A stretch of 64,000 nt of DNA, taken from the NCBI GenBank assembly GCA_003159795.1, contig PLPK01000054.1, forward strand, positions 1,519 through 65,518. Direction: 5' to 3'. The notes under the pieces were generated by a model. It was not told the origin of the DNA. It did not search any database and saw nothing but the letters and a program-made list of their open reading frames with translations. Numbering within the stretch: the stretch's first letter is position 1; the number at the start of each line of letters is the position of its first letter. The DNA comes from Acidimicrobiaceae bacterium. GTDB lineage: Bacteria > Actinomycetota > Acidimicrobiia > Acidimicrobiales > Bog-793. The translations under genes and the position numbers were made by a program. Positions 1 through 9,272 of the stretch are shown in pieces.

Positions 1-1053
1 CTCGTCGACGCCGACCGGTCACGCGACCTGTGCTTCGGGACCGTGGAGTGCTACCTCACCTGGATTCTGTCCGGCGGTTCCGCACACGTCACCGACGCCA
101 CGAACGCCGCTGTCACGGGGCTCATCCTCGACGACGCCACGGACTGGGACGATCACGTTCTCGACGAACTGCGGATCGGGCGGGCGCTCCTCCCGACACT
201 CGTCGACTCGACCGGCGTCGTCGCCACGGCCTCGGCACTCCCAGGGGAACCCCCCATCGCCGGGCTCGTCGGCGACCAGCAGTCCTCGCTCATCGGGCAG
301 GGCTGCCTGCGACCGGGAGAGGCGAAGGCGACGTTCGGCACCGGCGGGATGCTCGACTGCGTCACCGCGGCCCGCCCCACCTTCAGCGCCCGGGGCGAAC
401 GCGGCACGTTCCCCATCGTCGCCTGGCGTGAGTCCGGCCGCGTCACCTGGGGGATAGAGGCAATCATGCTTTCCGCGGGGTCCTGCATCGAGTGGCTCCG
501 GGCCGGGCTCGGCCTGATCGGTGACGCGGCGGAGTCCGACGAGATCGCCGGCTCAGTCCCCGACGCGGGCGGGGTGATCTTCGTCCCGGCGCTCGGCGGT
601 CTCGGCACACCGGTGTGGGACTTCGGGGCGCGCGGCACCTTCGTTGGCCTCGACGCCTCGACGTCACGCGCCGAGCTCGTCCGGGCGGTCCTCGAGGGCA
701 TCGCCCACCGCGGCGCGGACCTTCTCGAGGCAGCAGAGACCGACGGGGGCGTCAGCGTCGCGACCCTGCAGGTCGACGGGGGCATGACCGCCAACGCGAC
801 CTTCCTCCAGCTCCTCGCCAATGCGCTCCAACGGCCGATCGCGCCCGCCCTCGTCAAGGACGCGACGACGCTCGGCGCGGCCTACCTCGCCGGCACCGCG
901 ACGGGCGTGTGGGCCTCGCTCGAAGAGGCCACGGCGACGGCACGGCACGGACCGGTGGTCGAGCCGGCCCGCCGACTCGACCGCCAACGCTGGCTCGACG
1001 CGCGTTCCCGCGCCTTGCGCACGGTGCCGGCGATGTCGGCGATCTCGTTCTGA
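1..1053 (+). CDS. glpK: glycerol kinase, C-terminal ~350 aa (5' end lies outside the window)
   Basis: The reading frame is open back to position 1. FGGY-kinase/GlpK motifs are present: 'GDQQSSLIGQGC', 'FGTGGML', 'VDGGMTAN'. Confidence 0.85.
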   Translation, partial: LVDADRSRDLCFGTVECYLTWILSGGSAHVTDATNAAVTGLILDDATDWDDHVLDELRIGRALLPTLVDSTGVVATASALPGEPPIAGLVGDQQSSLIGQGCLRPGEAKATFGTGGMLDCVTAARPTFSARGERGTFPIVAWRESGRVTWGIEAIMLSAGSCIEWLRAGLGLIGDAAESDEIAGSVPDAGGVIFVPALGGLGTPVWDFGARGTFVGLDASTSRAELVRAVLEGIAHRGADLLEAAETDGGVSVATLQVDGGMTANATFLQLLANALQRPIAPALVKDATTLGAAYLAGTATGVWASLEEATATARHGPVVEPARRLDRQRWLDARSRALRTVPAMSAISF

Positions 1054-1062
1054 GCCGGCAGC

Positions 1063-2259
1063 TCAGCGAAGCTCGACCGCCAGCGCTTCGGCGAGTGTCG
1101 CGCGCCGCTCCAGCAGCACCCTGAATCCCATCAACTGACGGGGGCTGTTGAATCCGACGACGGCGCACAGCAGGCCGGCACGGCCGAAGCACGCGACAAA
1201 GCACCGCGCCGCGGGCGAACCCGCCACCACGCGCACGTCGTCGGTTCCCTCAGGGATGCCGATCGACTGGATCTTCACGTCGAACTGGTCGGACCAGAAG
1301 TACGGCACCGCAGCGAAGGCTGCGGCCGCCGCTCCGGCGAGCAGGCTCGCCGCGGCGTGCACGCCCTGTTCCGCGGCGTTCGTCCGGTGTTCGAGCCGCA
1401 CCGTCCCCTCGGCAAGCGCGTGCGGCCAGCGGGCGATGTCGCCGGCGGCGGCGACACCGGGGGCGGCGAGCAGCGTGGGGGCGCACACGACGCCGTCGGC
1501 GAGTTCCAGCCCGGAACCTGCAAGCCAGGCGGTCTCGGGCACCACGCCCACCGCGACGAGCACGACGTCGGCGCCGATGAGCGAGCCGTCGTCGAGACGG
1601 ACGGCCTCCACGTGGTCCCCGCCGACGAGGTCCGCGACACCGACCCTGGTCCGCACGTCGACGCCGTGGTCGGCGTGGACCTCGCCGATCGCCCTGCCGA
1701 TGAGCGGCCCGAGGACCCGGAGGAGCGGCGCGGCCTGCGGTTCGACCACGGTCACCTCGGCACCGAGCCCGCGCGCCGTCGCCGCGACCTCCATCCCGAG
1801 GAAGCCCCCGCCGACAACGACGAGCCGCACGCCGGGACCGAGCAGCGCCCGCAGGCGCTCAGCGTCCTCGAGGTCGCGCAGCGTGATGACCCCAGCCAGC
1901 GCGTTCGCGCCGCGCATCGTGCGCGGCCTGGCGCCCGTCGCGACAACGAGGCCGTCGAAGGACAGCTGGCGCCCGGATTCGAGCACGACCGTCCGGGCGG
2001 ACGGGTCGACGGCCCGCGCCCGCTCGCCGAGCACGAGCTCGAGCTCGAGGGCGGCGAGCTTCTCCGCTGACGTCAGCGCCAGGCGGTCGAGCCCGAGCCG
2101 GCCCGCGAGGAACTCCTTCGAGAGCGGCGGCCGGTCGTAGGGGAGGTGGGTCTCGGCGCCGACAAGCGTGATGGAGCCGTCGAACCCCCCGTGGCGCAGG
2201 CCCTCGCAGGCCCTCAGGCCGGCGAGCGAAGCTCCGACGACGACGACCGAACGGAGCAC
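1063..2259 (-). CDS. FAD-dependent pyridine nucleotide-disulfide oxidoreductase (ferredoxin/rubredoxin reductase-like)
   Basis: Two Rossmann GxGxxG motifs ('VVVVGASLAGLRA', 'LVVVGGGFLGMEVAA'), 'YDRPPLSK', 'AAGDIA'. Convergent with glpK. Confidence 0.75.
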   Translation of the reverse strand: MLRSVVVVGASLAGLRACEGLRHGGFDGSITLVGAETHLPYDRPPLSKEFLAGRLGLDRLALTSAEKLAALELELVLGERARAVDPSARTVVLESGRQLSFDGLVVATGARPRTMRGANALAGVITLRDLEDAERLRALLGPGVRLVVVGGGFLGMEVAATARGLGAEVTVVEPQAAPLLRVLGPLIGRAIGEVHADHGVDVRTRVGVADLVGGDHVEAVRLDDGSLIGADVVLVAVGVVPETAWLAGSGLELADGVVCAPTLLAAPGVAAAGDIARWPHALAEGTVRLEHRTNAAEQGVHAAASLLAGAAAAAFAAVPYFWSDQFDVKIQSIGIPEGTDDVRVVAGSPAARCFVACFGRAGLLCAVVGFNSPRQLMGFRVLLERRATLAEALAVELR

Positions 2260-2285
2260 GTTGCGAGACTACGTGCCGGTGCCGG

Positions 2286-2543
2286 TCAGACCGGCGGCCC
2301 CTCCTCGCCGATCGCGGCCAGCCTCGGCATGAGCGCGTCGACCTTCTCCCGGGTCCCACGGATCCGGCGATCGAGCTCCTCGACGATCTCGATCGCCCGC
2401 CGGAAACGCACCTCGAGCGCGTCGACGTCGACCAGTCCCTCGTCGAGCTCGCGCACGATGGCATCGAGCTCACCCGCCGCGGCCGCGTAGCTGAGCTCGC
2501 CGACCGGTGTCGCGTCCGGCACCTGCTTGTCGTCCTGCGTCAT
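2286..2543 (-). CDS. xseB: exodeoxyribonuclease VII small subunit
   Basis: 85-aa helical protein ('LSYAAAAGELDAIVRELDEG...L'). Its start overlaps the xseA stop by 4 nt. Confidence 0.8.
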   Translation of the reverse strand: MTQDDKQVPDATPVGELSYAAAAGELDAIVRELDEGLVDVDALEVRFRRAIEIVEELDRRIRGTREKVDALMPRLAAIGEEGPPV

Positions 2544-4174
2544 CGTCTGTCCACGTCCGTTCTCGTTCTCGTAAGGGGTGCTTCCCCACCGGCCCTCGTC
2601 GACTCGACGACGGAGAGCGCCTCCCCGTCGACGAAGCGCGTCGTGATCCGTTCCCCCGACGCGAGTACCGCGGCACTGCGCACGAGCCGCCCCGCGGCGT
2701 CAGCCGTCAGGGTCCAGCCCCGCTCGAGCTGGCGCTGCGGGTCGAAGGCCCGCAGCACCTGCTGCCGCCTGGCGAGCTCGTGCTGGTGTGAGGCGAGCGA
2801 ACGGCGCGCCACCGGCCCGAGCAGCGCCACCTGATCCGTCAGCTCGTCGGCCTCGCGCCGCAGCCCCGCCGTGACGACCCTCGTCAGCCCCGACCCGGCC
2901 GTCGCGAGCTCGACCACCCGCCGCTCGAACTGGTGACGGATGGCGCGGCGCAGTCCGGCGGCACCGGCCGCGAGCTGGTAGGCCGCCGCGTCGAGCCGGG
3001 CCCGCGCGAGGCCGGTGAGCGTGCCCGCCTTGCGCCCGATCTCGTCGAGGTACTCGGCCACCCGGGCCACGACGGCCTCGCCGCACTGCGTCGGCGTGAT
3101 CATCGCCCGGTGCGCGACCTCGTCGGCGACTGAACGGTCGCCAGTGTGGCCGATCCCCGTCCACACCGGGAACGGAGCGGCGGCGATGGCGCGGGCGACC
3201 GCCTCGGCGTCGAAGGCGGCGAGGTCACCGCGGGCTCCCCCGCCGCGCACGACGACCGCGAGGTCGATCGGCGCCGACCCGAGCCGCCCGAGGGCGGCCG
3301 CGATCTGCTCGGGCGCCTCGGCACCTTGGACGAGCGTCGGCTCGAAAAAGACCGCGAAGGCGAAACCGGAACGGTCGAGCTGCCCGACGAAGTCCCGCTG
3401 CGCCTCAGAGCCGGGGCTCGTCACGACCCCGATCCGCAGCGGCACGAGGGGCAGTTCGAGACGCTGATTGGCCTGCAGCAGGCCCTCCGCCTCGAGGGCG
3501 TGGAGCAGCTGACGGCGCGCCGCCGCGATCCCGCCGAGCATCGCCTCGACGTCGAGCTCGGTGAGGGTGAAGCGCAGCTTGCTTCCCCCCTCCCAGACCG
3601 AGACGCGGCCCCGCACGCGCACGACGCGGCCGACCTCCAGCGCGATGCCGACTCCGGCCAGCGCCGCCGCGATTCTCGGCCATTCGCGGGCCCAGCAGAC
3701 GACCTCCAGCTGGGCGACACCGGCGCGTTCCGCCCGGTCCGCGGACTCGTCGGCGAGCTCGATGTAGTGATGTCCCCGGCTCTCCTTGAGGCCACGGATC
3801 TCGCCCATGACCCACACGTCATCGGTGAACTCGCGGGCGAGCGCACCCTTCACGCGTTCATAGAACTCGGAGACCGAGAGCGCCCCGTCGACGGGCGCCC
3901 CGCCCGGATCGGCGGCGCTCCCAACCCCGGTGCCTTCTTCGGCGGGCCGGGCCGGGGGGGCGGCCGAGGGGCGGCGCCGCGGTGCCCGATCGGGGGAGCC
4001 CGTCGCGCCACGACGCTCTTCGGCACGCTGGGCTGCGGCGAGCACGTCCTCGATCCGTCGCTTCAGCTCGGCGCCGGCGCCCCCGGCCGGGGACCCGTCG
4101 GGCGCGAAATCGAAGCGCTGCTCCTCGGCCACGCCGTCGGGCACCACGTGATGAAGGCTACCCGTGGGCTCCAC
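2540..4174 (-). CDS. xseA: exodeoxyribonuclease VII large subunit (start uncertain; ~100-aa Pro/Ala/Gly-rich N-terminal extension if the longest ORF is used)
   Basis: OB-fold N-terminal motif 'LSVSEFYERVKGALAREF...VWVMGEIRG', catalytic region 'VVRGGGARGDLAAFD', 'PVWTGIGHTGD'. Confidence 0.85.
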   Translation of the reverse strand: MEPTGSLHHVVPDGVAEEQRFDFAPDGSPAGGAGAELKRRIEDVLAAAQRAEERRGATGSPDRAPRRRPSAAPPARPAEEGTGVGSAADPGGAPVDGALSVSEFYERVKGALAREFTDDVWVMGEIRGLKESRGHHYIELADESADRAERAGVAQLEVVCWAREWPRIAAALAGVGIALEVGRVVRVRGRVSVWEGGSKLRFTLTELDVEAMLGGIAAARRQLLHALEAEGLLQANQRLELPLVPLRIGVVTSPGSEAQRDFVGQLDRSGFAFAVFFEPTLVQGAEAPEQIAAALGRLGSAPIDLAVVVRGGGARGDLAAFDAEAVARAIAAAPFPVWTGIGHTGDRSVADEVAHRAMITPTQCGEAVVARVAEYLDEIGRKAGTLTGLARARLDAAAYQLAAGAAGLRRAIRHQFERRVVELATAGSGLTRVVTAGLRREADELTDQVALLGPVARRSLASHQHELARRQQVLRAFDPQRQLERGWTLTADAAGRLVRSAAVLASGERITTRFVDGEALSVVESTRAGGEAPLTRTRTDVDRR

Positions 4175-4233
4175 CGGCGACGCGGACTGCCGGCTCGTCG
4201 GCGCTCACAGGCTCCAGGTGCGACAATGGCATC

Positions 4234-4586
4234 GGCGGCGAGCCGACCGGGTGGCCGCGGGCAGGGTGCACCACACCTCGTCCGAGGAAGGTCGGGACTC
4301 CGTAGGGCAGGGTGCTGGTTAACGGCCAGTCGGGGTGACCCGAAGGAAAGTGCAACAGAGAGCAGACCGCCGATGGCCGCGAGGCACAGGCAAGGGTGAA
4401 ACGGTGCGGCAAGAGCGCACCAGCGACCGGGGTGACCCGGTCGGCTCGGTAAACCCCACCCGGAGCAAGGCCAAGCGTGGGACGGGCTGCCCGTCCGATG
4501 TCCCCAGGTAGGCCGCATAGATGGATGGCCACCCCCCGGAACGATCGTTCCGGGGACAGAATCCCGCCTACAGGTCGGCTCGCCGC
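4234..4586 (+). ncRNA. rnpB: RNase P RNA, bacterial type A
   Basis: No credible ORF in this interval. Conserved P4 strands are 'CGAGGAAGGTCGGGACTCC' and 'GGGGACAGAATCCCGCCTACAG'. 'GGTAAACCCCACCCGGAGCAAGGCCAAG' is present. P1 pairing is 4237-4248 'GGCGAGCCGACC' with 4573-4584 'GGTCGGCTCGCC'. Confidence 0.85.
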
Positions 4587-4606
4587 AACCTACTCGGGCG
4601 GAGAGA

Positions 4607-4633
4607 TAAAATGGCCCTTGACATGCCATTTTA
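4607..4633 (+). terminator. AT-rich perfect hairpin just 3' of rnpB (possible terminator or recombination/operator site)
   Basis: 9-bp arms 'TAAAATGGC' and 'GCCATTTTA' with a 9-nt loop that contains TTGACA. It is an unusually AT-rich spot in a GC-rich genome. Confidence 0.3.
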
Positions 4634-5108
4634 ACTCGCCGCCATTGACCCATGGTGACCTTCATTTTCCGGTGTGCCGCGTCAGACTCGCGTCAGAACG
4701 AACGATTTGGATTGTTCCGCGACCCGAACCGACCGAGGTCACGTGGGTCCGACGAGCGAAGCGGACGGCCCAGCTCTCGCAGTCGGGCTACCGCAGCCTC
4801 CCGCTCGCGCGGCTGAGTTTTCAACGCAGGCCCGGTGATAGGGGACGTGACAGAGGGTGGCGGCCCTCGCGTTGCTCTGAGACGCGTGCGCCAGCACCGG
4901 ATCCGTCGATCTGTATGCCACCGGGAGGCGCTCGCTTGGCTACAGCAACGTCCCAGGTCGGACAATCTGACGTTCTCGAAAGGCTGTGACAACAGCTGAA
5001 GCCCATCGGCGACCTGCCCCTCCATTCGCTGCGATTGACCGGCTCTTCCAGTAGCGAAGCGGAACAGCCTAAAGACCTTCGTATAATACGCCGCTGAACC
5101 GTGCTTGC

Positions 5109-6196
5109 GTGGGAAGATGGCGCATGACCACGTCATCACGCAGCAGCCCGAGAAGCACCAAGGTCAAACCCGTGCGTCCCCGCCGGGACTTCGCTGGAAT
5201 GGAGGCCCGGCGCATGCGCGCCGCGGACCTCTTCGGCCGGGGCGCCACCCAGGCCGACATCGCCCGCGAGCTCGCTGTCACGCACCAGACGGTGTCGGAC
5301 TGGCACGGCAAGTGGCTGGCCGGTGGGAGGAAGGCGTTGCGCGCCGCGGGGCGGGCCGGACGCCTGCCAAAGGTGGGCGCGGCCGACCTCGCCCGGGTGG
5401 ACCGGGCGCTCCGCCGTGGTCCCAGGGCCAACGGCTACCCGACCGAGCTGTGGACCCTCGCGCGCGTCGCCGAAGTGATCGAGACGACGACCGGGGTCCG
5501 CTATCACCCGGGGCACGTCTGGCGAGTGCTGCGCCAGATGGGCTGGAGCCGGCAGCGTCCGGCACGCCGAGCGACCGAGCGCGACGACAAGGCCATCGAG
5601 GCGTGGGTGAACGAGCGCTGGCCCCGTGTAAAAAATACGCCCGTGCCAGGAAGGCCTGGATCGTCTTCTCCGATGAGAGCGGGTTCAGCCTCCTCCCCTC
5701 GGTGAGGGCGACCTGGGCCCCACGGGGCGAGACCCCGGTCCTCCGCCACCACCTCAGCTGCTGGAAGCGCCTTTCGATGGCGGCGGCGGTGTGCCTCCGT
5801 CCTGACGGGAGCGACGCCGCGCTCGTCTTCGGGATGCGTCCGGGCTCCTATAACGACGAGGCCTTGATGGAGTTCCTCCTTGAGATGCACTGCCACCTCG
5901 GCGGCGACAAGGTCACGCTCATCTGGGACGGGCTCCCCTCGCACCGCAGCCGGGCCATGCGAGGTTTCCTCGCCAGCCAGCGCCGGTGGCTGGTGGTCGA
6001 GCCGCTCCCGCCCTACGCCTATGACCTGAACCCTGTCGAACAGGTGTGGGGCAACCTGAAGGGCGCCGAGCTCGCAAACCTTTGCCCGGACACCATCGAG
6101 GCGGCGGCCGAGACGGTCGACAACGGGCTCTGTCGGATCGGAAGCGACGCCCGACTCTGCTTCGCCTTCCTCCGCCACTGCGGCCTGAAGCTGTGA
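5109..6196 (+). CDS. IS630-family transposase made from two overlapping frames (orfA HTH 5109-5705; orfB DDE in the -1 frame to 6196). The true start is probably the ATG at 5199.
   Basis: N-terminal 'ATQADIARELAVTHQTVSDWHGKW' (HTH). C-terminal 'IVFSDESGFSLLP...TWAPRGETPV', 'LIWDGLPSHRS', 'YAYDLNPVEQVW' (DDE). Joining the frames at the A6 run gives the family-typical 'WPRVKKYARARKAWIVF'. Confidence 0.8.
5630..5635 (+). promoter_or_regulatory. A6 slippery run: candidate -1 ribosomal frameshift or transcriptional-slippage site of the IS630 transposase
   Basis: The sequence is 'GTA AAA AAT' in frame 0. A -1 slip reads 'V K K Y A' and continues into the DDE domain frame. Confidence 0.6.
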
Positions 6197-6376
6197 CCTC
6201 GACCGCGCGCTATTACACGAAGGTCTTTAGGTGGCTGACCGGTCAGTACGACCCAATTTCCAAGGGCGCCCGCTCATCTCGTGGCAGTGGTGCTATCATC
6301 CCTGTTCGCGGTCTCCAGTCAAGCAACAGGCAGCCTACAGACCGTGCAAGGGCCTTCCAACGAAGGGACGGGCCCA

Positions 6377-7345
6377 ATGCGAACACGAACGAGCTGGCTC
6401 CGTGGATCAATGGGGTGGCGTTGGGCGATGGCTCTCGTAGCAGTCGTCCTTCTCGCTCCCGTAGTCCTGCTTACTCTCGGCGTGCAAGAGGCGGGAGCCA
6501 CCCCGTCGAAACCCCCAACTGCCGCGAGCTATTTCATAGCTTCGTACGATAAGAATACCGCGTTTAGCGACGGCAAGGCTCAGGGGAAAGCTGACGCAAG
6601 TTCGGGCTATGACAGTGCTGTTATTCTCGACTTCGGTTGGCAGATCTCCGGGGGTACCGAGACCCCGAACACATACGTTGACTTGACCTATTCTCAAGTC
6701 GAGAACATGGGAATAGCTTTCGCTGAGGGGTACATGGCAGGCGTCGGAAGTGCTGACACGTATGACGCTTTGGAAATCGGTACCGTTAACTATGGTTCGT
6801 TCTTCGCGAGCGATCCTACGGCCCGCGGCAAGACCTGGGGAGATGCCGTCAACACCATCTACACGGACGTGCTCAATGACGGCTATGATCAGGTCATTGT
6901 TGACGGAGGATCCGATCTGGAGCCTGGATATAGCACACAGAATGACACAGAGGATTGGGCCCAAGGATTTGCTGACACAGCGAGCGAACCGTACGCTGAC
7001 TACGGGTCGGCTGATGGCTGCGTGAGGACTCCTGAAGGTTCAGATGGACCGTGCAATAACAATTGGTCCATCTCGGGGGAATACTACCTCGCCTGGGCTG
7101 CAGCTGATGCGATGGCAACTCCACTGATGACCGTATCTGATCAGCAGGATCAGTGGGCGAATATCTCCGATTATGGCAAGCAGAACAGTACTGACGGGAT
7201 GATCTATTGGCTTGGCATCACTGATACGTATCCGTCTGGTTGGGATGCAACCACGGCGTGGAACGATTTCTACTCGGCATTGAGTAACTATGGGGTGGCC
7301 ACGACGCCCTCCTATTCGCTCCAGCTTTCATCCGAGATGGAGTGA
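6377..7345 (+). CDS. exported hypothetical protein (acidic, rich in D/Y/W/G/S/T); no recognisable domain
   Basis: ATG at 6377 preceded by 'GAAGGGA'. Signal peptide 'WAMALVAVVLLAPVVLLTLGVQEAGA'. A/T-ending codons are frequent, unlike the flanking genes. Confidence 0.6.
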   Translation: MRTRTSWLRGSMGWRWAMALVAVVLLAPVVLLTLGVQEAGATPSKPPTAASYFIASYDKNTAFSDGKAQGKADASSGYDSAVILDFGWQISGGTETPNTYVDLTYSQVENMGIAFAEGYMAGVGSADTYDALEIGTVNYGSFFASDPTARGKTWGDAVNTIYTDVLNDGYDQVIVDGGSDLEPGYSTQNDTEDWAQGFADTASEPYADYGSADGCVRTPEGSDGPCNNNWSISGEYYLAWAAADAMATPLMTVSDQQDQWANISDYGKQNSTDGMIYWLGITDTYPSGWDATTAWNDFYSALSNYGVATTPSYSLQLSSEME

Positions 7346-7454
7346 CTCGATGCTGGTCTTGGCCGTTGAGAGGCGACTTCGAAGTGGTGGATCTTAGGTT
7401 ACTTGGGGCGGTTCTCAGCTTCGCTGGGAAAGTTCTCGAGAAGGGTAGGCACGC

Positions 7455-8060
7455 ATGAAGAGTCGTGTCTTTAGCCGAAGAGGCATGGTCGTTGCCATGG
7501 TGCTGGCGGTGATGATCGGGGTTGGCGGGGTATATCTGTCCGGGGTGATCTCGACGACTAGTGCCAAAGGGGATGCCTTCCCCCAGCTCACGTTCCCGCC
7601 TGGCTTTCCGGCGGCCAAGGCTGCCATCTTGCAGGCGCAAGCCGACCGAGAGACAGCCGCTCCCCGGGTGGACAAGGCCACTCTCACCCCGCCAGATGAC
7701 CAACCGGGGTCGCCTCCCACGGGCGGGATCATCGATGCACAGATCGGCCCGTTCCCGGAGGCGGCATTTGCTGTGCAGAACGCGTGGGGAGGCGAGGTCG
7801 GAGGGACCTGGCTGTGGGTGTACGCCGGCCAAGGGGGTGACGAGAATCCCTCGGTTGGTCCCTACGGAGGAGTCGCGCTGATGAGCCAGTCGATGGCCGG
7901 ACTGGTGCCCGGCACCGGCTTCACCTGGCTCGGCTACGTTGTAGTTCCAGGCTTGGACGCTCCGCTAACGATCGTCAGCGTCGACGGGACTTCGATGACC
8001 CTGTCCGACCCTGAAGGACAGACCTACGTGTTTGATCTCGCAAGTCACACGTTCAGTTAG
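7455..8060 (+). CDS. membrane-anchored or secreted hypothetical protein
   Basis: N-terminal 'MKSRVFSRRGMVVAMVLAVMIGVGGVYLSGV' (signal/anchor). Same strand and low-GC codon usage as the upstream gene. Confidence 0.5.
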   Translation: MKSRVFSRRGMVVAMVLAVMIGVGGVYLSGVISTTSAKGDAFPQLTFPPGFPAAKAAILQAQADRETAAPRVDKATLTPPDDQPGSPPTGGIIDAQIGPFPEAAFAVQNAWGGEVGGTWLWVYAGQGGDENPSVGPYGGVALMSQSMAGLVPGTGFTWLGYVVVPGLDAPLTIVSVDGTSMTLSDPEGQTYVFDLASHTFS

Positions 8061-8138
8061 GAGAGTCGCTCCCGGGAATGAGTGCATGAAGTCGTCAGCT
8101 GGTGAGCTTGCTCACCAGCTGCAGCGAGGTTAGCGGCC

Positions 8139-9272
8139 GTGAACCACGGAAGATCTTCTTGCGCCAGCAACCCGAATAAAAGGGCGGCACACGCGGCCCA
8201 CCTTCGGGCCTGTGCTTTGGTCGCTCTAGTGGCAAGTGGCATGGTCTGTGCCCGGTCAGCCGGAACACCGTTGCTGCCCCGGGCTACTTCCGCTCCATGG
8301 CAAACAGCATCGAGTTCGGTGTCTCGCCTCTGGCGCATAACCCTTCCAATCACCACAGCTGACGCCATGGGCATCAACACTCAGAGCCTCTTCGTCGCCT
8401 CAGGTGGAATAGCAAGTCATCAGCCTTTGACGGGGACGCTATTCCGGGTCGATCTCACTTCGGGCCGGGTCGTCGCGCAGGCGGCAACGGTCGGGTTGCC
8501 GTTCGCGGCCGCCGCGAGCAGGACAAAGGTGTGGGTCGGCGGGATCGCTTCTCCTGGAGCGCGTACTACCGGGGCAAACCAGATCGTTCAGGTGGACTCG
8601 CGGACTCTCAAAGTCGAGAAGACCTTCCGCGTCCTCACGCCCCTGGGTATCGCCCGAGATCGCGACGAGACGTTCTTCCTCTCCGGTGGCCCCGATGGGG
8701 CCGACGCGATCGTCATGGGTGTCACCCCGTCAGGGCTGAAGCGGCTTACAAAACTTGCCGTGATGCTGACGATGCAAGGAAGTCCTATCGTCTACTGCGC
8801 CGACCACCTCTACGTGGCAGCGCAGCTCGACATGAAACATGACACGGTATTCGATCTGACGAACAGCGGCCACGAGCGGCGGATGTGGCGCCTTTCCCAA
8901 ACGGGGTACGCGTACCTGGCCTGCGATCTCAGTCGTGTGTTCGCCACCACGACGAGCGGTGAGGTGTTTGAACTCGGAGCTGCTAGCAGGCCAGAGGTCA
9001 TCGGAAGGAGTGCCTCGCCGACCTCCGGGCTTGTCGTCGCGTCTGGGCGCGTTTGGACGATGGGCTACTTGGGCTGGAACCACAAGACCTCCACCGGTAA
9101 GTTTCGGCTCATCGGGTATAAGATTACGGAGTCTGGCGCCCGTGAGCCGCCGTTGGCCTACACGCTCACCAGCCGGTACGGTCCCCCCGCCATACTCGTC
9201 GGGACCGGAAACGAGCTGGTGGTTGGCGTTGGCACCGATTTCACCGCGCTGGTTGTTCGCGAGCACAAGTAA
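8139..9272 (+). CDS. hypothetical exported beta-rich (propeller-like?) protein; start uncertain
   Basis: Long ORF in the low-GC island. Hydrophobic N-terminal segment 'LRACALVALVASGMVCARS'. Repetitive beta-strand-like segments. Confidence 0.45.
   Translation: MNHGRSSCASNPNKRAAHAAHLRACALVALVASGMVCARSAGTPLLPRATSAPWQTASSSVSRLWRITLPITTADAMGINTQSLFVASGGIASHQPLTGTLFRVDLTSGRVVAQAATVGLPFAAAASRTKVWVGGIASPGARTTGANQIVQVDSRTLKVEKTFRVLTPLGIARDRDETFFLSGGPDGADAIVMGVTPSGLKRLTKLAVMLTMQGSPIVYCADHLYVAAQLDMKHDTVFDLTNSGHERRMWRLSQTGYAYLACDLSRVFATTTSGEVFELGAASRPEVIGRSASPTSGLVVASGRVWTMGYLGWNHKTSTGKFRLIGYKITESGAREPPLAYTLTSRYGPPAILVGTGNELVVGVGTDFTALVVREHK

Larger units (their letters stand above)
5072..6227 (+). mobile_element. 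IS630-family insertion sequence (~1.16 kb) flanked by a TA target-site duplication
   Basis: Terminal inverted repeats 'AAGACCTTCGT(A/G)TAATA' at 5072 and its reverse complement ending at 6227. TA lies at 5070-5071 and 6228-6229. The internal gene encodes an HTH plus DDE transposase. Confidence 0.85.

Noticed and set aside
4640-5068. Search for an integrase or recombinase remnant between rnpB and the IS630 copy (ORFs 4693-5139, 4477-4989, 4821-5006).
   Set aside because: None of the three frames shows tyrosine- or serine-recombinase motifs. The translations look like non-coding GC-rich sequence. I left it as unannotated spacer, although a database search could overturn this.
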